32,000 nucleotides of DNA from Nostoc punctiforme PCC 73102 (GTDB taxonomy: Bacteria > Cyanobacteriota > Cyanobacteriia > Cyanobacteriales > Nostocaceae): positions 30,001-62,000 of the forward strand of contig NC_010633.1 in assembly GCF_000020025.1 (NCBI RefSeq), in the 5' to 3' direction. Positions within the stretch are counted from its first letter, which is position 1. Each line of letters starts with the position of its first letter. Position numbers and translations under genes: made by a program. The notes under the pieces were generated by a model. It saw nothing but the letters and a program-made list of their open reading frames with translations, was not told where the DNA came from and made no database searches. Positions 8,857 to 15,837 of the stretch are shown piece after piece.

Positions 8857-9906
8857 ATGCAAACCTTTCAACTAATTGAAGATTTTGAGTTTTTACAAAA
8901 ATTGCTAGAAAAAGACGAGAATAAATTAGTATTTGAATGGCTGTTTTTTTTGGCAGATTCAGAAATAAATGAAATTTTGAAATCAATTGGAGATTCTATT
9001 GACGAAGGAAATAAGGGATCTGTCGGCAGCGCTCAACTCTATACAAGAAGTTTGATCAACCAAATAAAATTACGTATAAAACCTAAAGTTTTTTTTAGCT
9101 CATTTGAAATACTACAAAAAGATTACATTTCATTTCTAAAAACAATAAACCCAAATAGTGAAATAGAAAGTTATATTCGTTCTCAGTTTTCCCTATTAGA
9201 AGAGGCATACGAAAGATTTATTGATAATTATGATTATAATTCAACTGTCAATTTAATTACTTGTGCAAAAGTTCTTGTAAATATCCTATCTACTTTTAAC
9301 GAAGTTAATAGTTTTCTCATTAAAAATCTTCAACAAACTTATGATTTTGAACTTGATGAAACTTTAAATTCTTTTTCTCTTTTTATAGATTCTGATTATA
9401 CATTTAAAGAATTTATACAAAAACTAGAAGCTATTCAAGCACTGTATTCAGAATTATGCTTTCTTTATGATATTTCTGAGGTTGATTTTCCTCTAAGAAT
9501 AATTAAGATAGAATCTGGGAGTTTATGGGTTAAAATCTTTGGAGAATCTCGAGTTATAGAGACAATTGTATCTTTAATAAAAGACGCTAAGGAATATGGC
9601 TATAGAAACTTAACTAAAGAGGGAAAGATTGAAGCAGAGCAGCAAAATTTTAAAGCTATAGAATCAGCTTTAGAACTTAGAAAAAAGTTACAGGAAGCTA
9701 ACATTGATGTTGAAGAATTTGATGAAAAAATAAAAAAAAGTTCTATTGTAATCATAAACAATCTTAATACTCTTTTGTCTGGTGAAAAGAAAATAAAACT
9801 AAATGGTGAATTAATAGAATCAGATGACACAACTCAAAAACTTTTAAAAGGCAGTAACAGATATTTACTTGAAGGTTCCAAAGATGCTACAGAGGACAAT
9901 GAGTAG
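8857..9906 (+). CDS. AT-rich orphan protein (349 aa), no recognisable domain
   Basis: The ATG is preceded by GAGG (8846-8849). It is a long uninterrupted ORF in a region much more AT-rich than its surroundings. It appears helical/coiled-coil rich, with no P-loop and no catalytic motif I can name. Confidence 0.7.
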   Translation: MQTFQLIEDFEFLQKLLEKDENKLVFEWLFFLADSEINEILKSIGDSIDEGNKGSVGSAQLYTRSLINQIKLRIKPKVFFSSFEILQKDYISFLKTINPNSEIESYIRSQFSLLEEAYERFIDNYDYNSTVNLITCAKVLVNILSTFNEVNSFLIKNLQQTYDFELDETLNSFSLFIDSDYTFKEFIQKLEAIQALYSELCFLYDISEVDFPLRIIKIESGSLWVKIFGESRVIETIVSLIKDAKEYGYRNLTKEGKIEAEQQNFKAIESALELRKKLQEANIDVEEFDEKIKKSSIVIINNLNTLLSGEKKIKLNGELIESDDTTQKLLKGSNRYLLEGSKDATEDNE

Positions 9907-9971
9907 CTTAACTAGAAATAATCAGGTGTCCAAACGTCGTAGGCTATGGATCACAGGGTCTACAGTCAACG

Positions 9972-10085
9972 ATGAAAATTAATCGGCATGGTCGCGCCAA
10001 GGTTCTTACACAATCAGAGATACAGCTAATTTTCAGTCACGGCTTGGACAATGACCGTGATCGCGGTTTATGTCGGGATTTGATA
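9972..10085 (+). pseudogene. Possible N-terminal remnant of a different tyrosine recombinase (37 codons)
   Basis: It translates to MKINRHGRAKVLTQSEIQLIFSHGLDNDRDRGLCRDLIV*. The start resembles the N-termini I recall for cyanobacterial site-specific integrases (MKINRHG.A..L...E...L). It stops prematurely. Confidence 0.35.
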
Positions 10086-10195
10086 GTTTGACGACATCAC
10101 ACGAAAAGCGCCGACTGTAGAGCATTCAGTCCCAGATTAACCTGCAAAAGCGCGATGGCGTACCCGCCCGCTGGAAGCGATCGCTCTGACGGCTA

Positions 10196-10891
10196 ATGCT
10201 GGTAGATACAGTTGCTAATTCCCAGTACCAAGGTGTATGCTGTTACACAAACTGTCTGCCAGTCAGACCGCCGACTATGACCAAACTAGACCGGGTACCA
10301 GTCGCCCAGCTTCCCGATAAATATGGGATTGTTAAATCTGTTATCTACGATCGGATCAATAGGTTAGGCATCAAGCCAACCAAAATCGGCAATAAGTCTT
10401 ATGTCAGTGGAGAGCAGTTAGAGTTACTTGACCAGCTAGATGCTCACATGAAAGCGGGTGGCAGCATGGCAGACTTTGCCGACCAATACGCCAGACAGTC
10501 CGGGGGTCAGTCTGAGCATTTTGATTCTGGCATAGAGTCTGCCAGTCAGCCTGACGGTCAGTTAACAGTCGCCGGACTAACCGCCAGTCAGTTCGGCCAA
10601 CTTTCGCAAGTGATTGAAGGGTTAGTGACACGGCTGATTCCCGCCATTGTCCGCCAGCTTCCAGTATTGGCTTCTGACCCAGTTGCCCATTTGAGGGCAT
10701 TGGAAGAAGCTTATAAAAATGGTTGGCTACTCAGCACTCGTGAACTGGCGACTTTACTAAAATTGTCTCCCTCTACAGTTTGTAGGTACGGTTCAAAGTT
10801 TGAAGACGCTGGTTTTGTGTTTACCAGGGCAGGACAAAGGAAGGGGGGAGAAGTGGCTTGGTCAGTTGGAAAACAGAGAAAATCTAAATAA
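10196..10891 (+). CDS. Putative DNA-binding protein with two HTH-like segments
   Basis: 231-aa ORF. An internal ATG at 10277 (MTKLDRVP...) is a more plausible start. HTH-like stretches are AQLPDKYGIVKSVIYDRINRLGI and STRELATLLKLSPSTVCRYG. G+C content is normal for the window, unlike its neighbours. Confidence 0.65.
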   Translation: MLVDTVANSQYQGVCCYTNCLPVRPPTMTKLDRVPVAQLPDKYGIVKSVIYDRINRLGIKPTKIGNKSYVSGEQLELLDQLDAHMKAGGSMADFADQYARQSGGQSEHFDSGIESASQPDGQLTVAGLTASQFGQLSQVIEGLVTRLIPAIVRQLPVLASDPVAHLRALEEAYKNGWLLSTRELATLLKLSPSTVCRYGSKFEDAGFVFTRAGQRKGGEVAWSVGKQRKSK

Positions 10892-11002
10892 GTATTAATT
10901 GTGGTCGTTAAACAAATTACTCGTGCTTATAAAAAAAACTGTAAGCAGATTTCGAGTACTTTGTTCATCCTCCACTAAAAGCACTGTGCTGATTTATCTT
11001 AA

Positions 11003-11119
11003 TTAGTCAACGTCAGAGAAATCCAGGACTTTCTGGGACACCGTGATATAAAAGACGCTGAAAAATACACCAAGCTAAATGCTCGACGCTTCCTGAATTT
11101 TGATTGGGGTAATTTATAG
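11003..11119 (+). pseudogene. Orphan 3' fragment of a second FimB/E-like recombinase gene (copy B of the direct repeat)
   Basis: It encodes LVNVREIQDFLGHRDIKDAEKYTKLNARRFLNFDWGNL*. The intact gene reads LVNQGYNTREIQDFLGHRDIKHTEKYTKLNARRFLNFDWGDL*. A stop codon lies immediately upstream at 11000-11002. Confidence 0.85.
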
Positions 11120-11190
11120 TATTCCATTTTTTATAATATAGTTAGCTATAATTAATATTAAAATTATCAATTTAAAATTGTAGATTTTTT

Positions 11191-12177
11191 ATGAAGTGCA
11201 TTATATGTAAACAAGATAAGCCTAATGAAAATTTTAGTGAAGAGCATATATTTCCTGATAGTATTGGTGGAAATATTAAACTAAATTGTGTTTGCAAACT
11301 ATGTAATGATTTTCTTGGACATTCAGTAGATTCATTTCTTGTTAATCATGATTTTGTTAAATTGTACCGTCTTATTTTAAAGATACCTGGAAAATCAGGA
11401 GAAATTCCAAATCCGTGGAAGGAAGTGTATCTTACTGAGACTAACGAAAAAATTCAATTTATATTCGATAGGGATGGTAATCCTCAAGGACTAAAAACAT
11501 TTACCAAAATTCAGAAAAATTATATAGATAATAAATTAGAATTAAAAATCCAAGCTGACGCAAAAGATAAAGATATACTACCAGGAATTATTAATAAAAA
11601 ATTAAGAAGAGATGGGTTAAATCAATTAACCGAAAAAGAAATAGAAAAAATTATAAATCCTCAATCAATCATTAGATATCGACCACAGATTTATAAAAAA
11701 TTTTCGATTGATTTATTTCTTTATAAACGTGCAATTATAAAAATTGCATATGAATTAGCTTATTATTATCTTGGTTCTACTTACCTAAATGATGAAATGG
11801 GGGAATTGTTGCGGTTGACTATTAAGGATAAATCTCCAGAAGGAAAGCAATTAACTAAATATCCAATTGATGCTTTTATTGAAATTTCAGGAACAATGTT
11901 ATTTCCTTATTTTAAGAATGAACATGAGCATCATATTGCTATAATAAAACGACATAAAGATTGTCTAAAGTGTTACATTAGTATTTTTGATGTTTTTCAA
12001 AGTATAATTACTGTTAGTAATGATGCAAATCTATATCAAAATTTTAAAGATAAATTTATAGCAATTAATGCTAAAACAAGAAAATCACGACAATTAGAAC
12101 TTGAAGAAGAACTTTTAAGGATAGCAAACGAAATATGTGGCACTACTTCTAGTTTTGAATTATCTGCTGATTTTTAA
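11191..12177 (+). CDS. HNH (His-Me finger) endonuclease-domain protein with a ~250-aa uncharacterised C-terminal region
   Basis: The N-terminus reads CIICKQ...EEHIFPDSIGGN...CKLCNDFLG (CxxC...H...N...CxxC). The gene is very AT-rich. The remaining ~250 aa match nothing I recognise. Confidence 0.75.
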   Translation: MKCIICKQDKPNENFSEEHIFPDSIGGNIKLNCVCKLCNDFLGHSVDSFLVNHDFVKLYRLILKIPGKSGEIPNPWKEVYLTETNEKIQFIFDRDGNPQGLKTFTKIQKNYIDNKLELKIQADAKDKDILPGIINKKLRRDGLNQLTEKEIEKIINPQSIIRYRPQIYKKFSIDLFLYKRAIIKIAYELAYYYLGSTYLNDEMGELLRLTIKDKSPEGKQLTKYPIDAFIEISGTMLFPYFKNEHEHHIAIIKRHKDCLKCYISIFDVFQSIITVSNDANLYQNFKDKFIAINAKTRKSRQLELEEELLRIANEICGTTSSFELSADF

Positions 12178-12403
12178 ATGCAAAGATATAGGCATTACCG
12201 TGCCAGAAAAGGTTTTTTGTACGCTAAGAAAAATTATGAGCTACGACCGCGCAACGACTCTGCTCGGTCGGGGCTTTTTCTGCTTTGTATGGCTCGCGCG
12301 TCAAAGACATGAATGAAGCGAGAAGAGTTTGAGACTCTAATTCCACGTAATGGCTCAAAGGTGTAATACGATTTCTTACTAAAGATGTTGTTCTTTAGGG
12401 TGG

Positions 12404-12447
12404 CAGTTAGGTCGAGGGGGAGTATTATCTCCCCCTCGACCTAACTG
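12404..12447. repeat. Perfect 18-bp-stem hairpin
   Basis: CAGTTAGGTCGAGGGGGA (12404-12421), an 8-nt loop, then TCCCCCTCGACCTAACTG (12430-12447). Confidence 0.8.
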
Positions 12448-12580
12448 ATACCCAGCTCCTGCTAACAATGATTATCATTATTATTATGTTAATAATTCAT
12501 CTTTAAAAGTCCGTTGGGAGTACGGTGTCCTCCAACAATTCACAATCATACCTTGAGCATTCAATATTCAATATTTAGAT

Positions 12581-12697
12581 GCGTTCGCGCTGTTCTGCTT
12601 TTTGGGAGACGCTACGCGAACGCTGCGCTAACAGCAGTTACGCTCGTTCGCTCTTAGTGTCTCCCCTTGGGAGAAGGCTCGCTAGCGTTGTGCTAAC
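12581..12697. repeat. Cyanobacterial dispersed-repeat-like GC-rich palindromic block
   Basis: GCGTTCGCG (12581-12589) pairs with CGCGAACGC (12615-12623). 'gctacgc.aacgc' style motifs are also seen at 5102-5140. The block sits in an otherwise AT-rich spacer. Confidence 0.4.
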
Positions 12698-12932
12698 ACC
12701 ATTTCTGCTTCTGAAAACGCAACTGTTTTGTAAATTAACTAAGTGTTTTTGTATACAAATATTGTAACTGCCAATTACTACTTTTGTAGTATCAATTTAT
12801 TGAAAACCTAAGACTATTGGAAGAATACAAGTAATTTTTTTTTAACTACAACTCTAAGCAATAGAAGAGTTAGAACAAATCAATTTGTCCCAACTTTGAT
12901 AATTAAAAGACATACAGCAAGCACAAGAGGCA

Positions 12933-13448
12933 ATGGTCATGAGTACGGTCATGAACCAACGGGTCAAAGTTGAAAAGACTTTAACCATTAACAAACCAGT
13001 AGATGAACTTTATCGCTTTTGGCGTAACTTTGATAACTTGCCACGCTTCATCAAGCATCTCAAAGAGGTGAGGGTATACGACGAGAAGCGATCGCACTGG
13101 ATTAGCAAAGGATTCTTAAATGAAAGCGTTGAGTGGGATGTAGTCATTACCGAAGACCGAGAAAACGAATTGATTGCCTGGACTTCGGTTGAAGGCGCAG
13201 CAATTGAAACCTCTGGTCGCGTCCACTTCAAGCCAGCACCTGGGAATCGTGGCACTGAGGTAAAAACAGTCCAAGAATTTACCCCGCCTGGGGGTGCGAT
13301 TGGGGCTGCGTTGACGAAGCCCCTCGCAGACATTGCTAAATTATTTGGTGAAGACCCAGAACTGCAAATTAAAGAAGATTTACGCGGCTTCAAAATGCTG
13401 ATGGAAGCAGGCGAGATTGCCACAACAGAAGGTCAACCGCGAGGTTAA
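12933..13448 (+). CDS. SRPBCC-superfamily (cyclase/dehydrase-like) protein
   Basis: 171 aa with AGAGG upstream. The pattern [24 protein letters not shown]...........W......VEWD..ITED.ENELIAW is typical of SRPBCC ligand-binding proteins as I recall them. Confidence 0.75.
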   Translation: MVMSTVMNQRVKVEKTLTINKPVDELYRFWRNFDNLPRFIKHLKEVRVYDEKRSHWISKGFLNESVEWDVVITEDRENELIAWTSVEGAAIETSGRVHFKPAPGNRGTEVKTVQEFTPPGGAIGAALTKPLADIAKLFGEDPELQIKEDLRGFKMLMEAGEIATTEGQPRG

Positions 13449-13459
13449 TAAATATTGCT

Positions 13460-13861
13460 ATGAAAGCTGTTTGTTGGTACGGCACTAACGATGTGTGGGT
13501 GGAAACAGTGCCAGACCCAAAAATAATTAACCCCCGCGATGCCATCCTCAAAGTTACATCAGCAACCATCTGCGGTTCTGACTTGCATATCTACGATGGC
13601 TACATCCCGACGATGGAACCGGGTGACATTATTGGTCACGAGTTTATGGGAGAAATCGTTGATATTGGCAATGAAGTCAAGAAATTGAAAAAAGGCGATC
13701 GCGTTGTTGTTTCTTCCATGATTGCCTGCGGTCACTGCTGGTATTGCCAACAGCAGATGTGGTCGTTGTGCGATAACTTACCCCTAACAGAAGCCAAGCA
13801 TGGCTTCGAGCTGTTCAACCAAAGAAAAGACCACTGCATAAAAGTTAGGTTACAGCCTTGA
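13460..13861 (+). pseudogene. Internally deleted paralogue of the downstream Zn-dependent dehydrogenase
   Basis: The first ~105 aa parallel 13947..15122 ([25 protein letters not shown]...CGSDLH.Y.GY.PTME.GDI.GHE.MGE.V.IG). After ...WSLCDN it jumps in frame to [27 protein letters not shown], which matches the last 27 aa of the full-length gene. The Rossmann domain is absent. Confidence 0.75.
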
Positions 13862-13910
13862 GTTGGGGACTCACAAGAGCAGGGGAGCAGAGGAGACAAG
13901 GAAAATAACC

Positions 13911-13938
13911 ACTGACAACTGACAAGTAACTACCGACA
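13911..13938. repeat. Short heptamer run (cactgac aactgac aagtaac taccgac)
   Basis: Four tandem 7-mers are visible between the two dehydrogenase genes. The run is STRR-like. Confidence 0.5.
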
Positions 13939-13946
13939 AAGGACTA

Positions 13947-15122
13947 ATGGCTATGAAAGCAGTTTGCTGGAACGGTGCCAACGATGTACGGGTAGAAACA
14001 GTACCCGATCCAAAAATCATTAATCCGCGTGATGCTGTTATTAAAATCACGACAACAGCAATTTGCGGTTCTGATTTACACCTTTATAACGGCTACGTCC
14101 CTACAATGGAAAAAGGCGATATCCTGGGTCATGAAATGATGGGGGAAGTCGTTGAAATAGGTAGTGCCGTCAAAAATTTAAATATAGGCGATCGCGTGGT
14201 TGTACCATTCCCTATCGCCTGTGGTAACTGCTGGTACTGTCAACATGACTTCTGGTCATTGTGCGATAACTCTAACCCAAACGCTTGGTTAGCAGAAAAA
14301 TTCATGGGTTATTCACCCTCTGGTATTTTTGGCTACTCTCATATGCTAGGTGGCTACGCTGGTGGTCAAGCTCAATATGCCCGCGTTCCCTTTGCCGATA
14401 CTGGTTTGTTTAAGATTCCTGATGGACTAACAGACGAACAAGTAGTGTTTTTAACAGATATCTTCCCCACCGGATATATGGCGGCAGATAACTGTAATAT
14501 TCAGCCCGGTGATATTGTCGCAGTCTGGGGGTGTGGCCCAGTCGCACAATTCACAATTAAGAGTGCTTATCTACTTGGTGCTGAACGAGTCATCGCTATC
14601 GATCGAATTCCCGAACGCCTACAGATGGCTAAAGATCAAGGCAAGGCAGAAATCCTTAACTATGAGGAAGTAGATGTTGGTGAAGCCCTCAAAGAAATGA
14701 CAGGTGGACGCGGCCCAGATGCTTGCATTGATGCTGTGGGGTTGGAAGCACACGGCACGGGTCTAGAAGGAGTATACGACGAAGTAAAGCAAGCAGTGCG
14801 TCTGGAAACAGACCGGCCCCATGTGCTGCGGCAAGTGATGATTGACTGTCGCAAAGGCGGTCACGTGTCAATTCCTGGTGTTTATGTCGGCGTTGTAGAC
14901 AAAATACCTATGGGTGCTGCCATGAACAAAGCCTTAGTATTCAAAATGGGACAAACGCACGTTCATAAGTACTTAAACACGTTACTCGATCACATCCAAA
15001 ATGGCAGGATCGATCCATCTTTCGTGATCACCCATCGTCTACCGTTAGATGAAGCACCCCGGGGTTACGAAATTTTCAGAGACAAGAAGGAAAACTGTAT
15101 CAAAGTTGTACTCAAACCATAA
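13947..15122 (+). CDS. Zinc-dependent alcohol / formaldehyde dehydrogenase family (MDR superfamily)
   Basis: 391 aa. Catalytic-Zn motifs are CGSDLH and GHE. The structural-Zn cluster is [15 protein letters not shown]. The Rossmann motif is VWGCGPVA. Confidence 0.9.
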   Translation: MAMKAVCWNGANDVRVETVPDPKIINPRDAVIKITTTAICGSDLHLYNGYVPTMEKGDILGHEMMGEVVEIGSAVKNLNIGDRVVVPFPIACGNCWYCQHDFWSLCDNSNPNAWLAEKFMGYSPSGIFGYSHMLGGYAGGQAQYARVPFADTGLFKIPDGLTDEQVVFLTDIFPTGYMAADNCNIQPGDIVAVWGCGPVAQFTIKSAYLLGAERVIAIDRIPERLQMAKDQGKAEILNYEEVDVGEALKEMTGGRGPDACIDAVGLEAHGTGLEGVYDEVKQAVRLETDRPHVLRQVMIDCRKGGHVSIPGVYVGVVDKIPMGAAMNKALVFKMGQTHVHKYLNTLLDHIQNGRIDPSFVITHRLPLDEAPRGYEIFRDKKENCIKVVLKP

Positions 15123-15134
15123 GGCAGGAGAAAA

Positions 15135-15184
15135 GACACGGAGAGTGGGAGACGCAAAGACGCAAAGAAAGAACTCTCCGTGTC
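15135..15184 (+). terminator. Hairpin after the dehydrogenase gene
   Basis: GACACGGAGAG (15135-15145) pairs with CTCTCCGTGTC (15174-15184). This is an 11-bp stem with a 28-nt loop that contains GACGCAAA twice. There is no strong T-tract. Confidence 0.35.
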
Positions 15185-15284
15185 CTTCTAATCGATGATA
15201 TCTCTATCGGGTGATGGGCAATGCAGGAATATCCCCAGGCACTCTCACTCTTGGTGCCTTAGTTCATACACTTGGGGTTGTTAT

Positions 15285-15336
15285 GGTATTGAGCCGAGAT
15301 GCACAACTTTCACGTCGCGCATCTCGGCTCAATACC
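15285..15336. repeat. Solo hairpin built from the MITE terminal 18-mer
   Basis: GGTATTGAGCCGAGATGC (15285-15302) pairs with GCATCTCGGCTCAATACC (15319-15336). It is the same 18-mer, with one mismatch, as the termini of the element at 15371-15788. Confidence 0.8.
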
Positions 15337-15370
15337 GTGTAGGTGTTTTACTTGAGCTTTCATTTCAAAT

Positions 15371-15788
15371 GGTATTGAGCCGAGATACAAGTAAAAAGCA
15401 GCAAGATGGTCTGGAAACTCTTGCTATATATAGGGTTCAGGCATTTTTAAGTAAAATTGGCTCTATAGCGTAAATCTTGGGTATGTATCGCTACAAGAAC
15501 TAGAGTTTTTATTAATTTTATTTACAGGTTTTACGGGTTGAACGATGAATATCTTTCGCAGTAAAACCCCTGAAACTCTTACAGGCAATGAATTATAGCC
15601 CCAAGTATTAGCCTCCTACCACAGAGTATTTATAATTCTCTTTGGTAGGCGAAAAGCAAATATGGGGTCAGAAGTGCCAGTGCATTCATGCACAAATTCT
15701 CATTAGATATGAAAAATAATAGAACGTATATATAGCAACGCTTTCCAGACCATCTTGCAGGTTTTTACACGTATCTCGGCTCAATACC
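15371..15788. mobile_element. MITE-like non-coding element (~418 bp) with ~62-bp imperfect terminal inverted repeats
   Basis: The left end (15371-15432) is GGTATTGAGCCGAGATACAAGTAAAAAGCAGCAAGATGGTCTGGAAACTCTTGCTATATATA. The right end (15727-15788) is its reverse complement with a few mismatches. The interior has further hairpins and no credible ORF. The element lies between convergent genes. Confidence 0.55.
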
Positions 15789-15837
15789 TTAAGGACTTCA
15801 AGCCCTTGCTGTACCGTGTTAAATAGCTTCAAATTAA

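Noticed and set aside
12579-12767. 62-aa ORF (MRSRCSAFWETLRERCANSSYARSLL...).
   Set aside because: It lies entirely within a palindromic, GC-rich dispersed-repeat-like block (12581-12697). It has no Shine-Dalgarno sequence, and the peptide is the Arg/Ser/Ala-rich translation typical of such repeats.
12740-12800. Possible operator sites upstream of the SRPBCC/dehydrogenase cluster: the 12-bp palindrome TTTGTATACAAA and a GTA-N9-TAC sequence resembling an NtcA box.
   Set aside because: The NtcA consensus is GTA-N8-TAC and the spacing here is off by one. The palindrome is pure AT-rich sequence in AT-rich DNA and sits ~170 bp from the start codon. The evidence is too weak to call.
13010-13423. 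137-aa antisense ORF inside the SRPBCC gene. Similar antisense ORFs occur at 8252..8561, 10404..10700, 5601..5807, 27495..28631 and 29197..29882.
   Set aside because: Each lies opposite a longer ORF with recognisable family motifs. None has independent start signals or a recognisable domain.
15195-15473. 92-aa ORF between the dehydrogenase and the kinase.
   Set aside because: It runs through the 15285-15336 foldback and into the left terminal repeat of the MITE-like element. Its composition is not protein-like.
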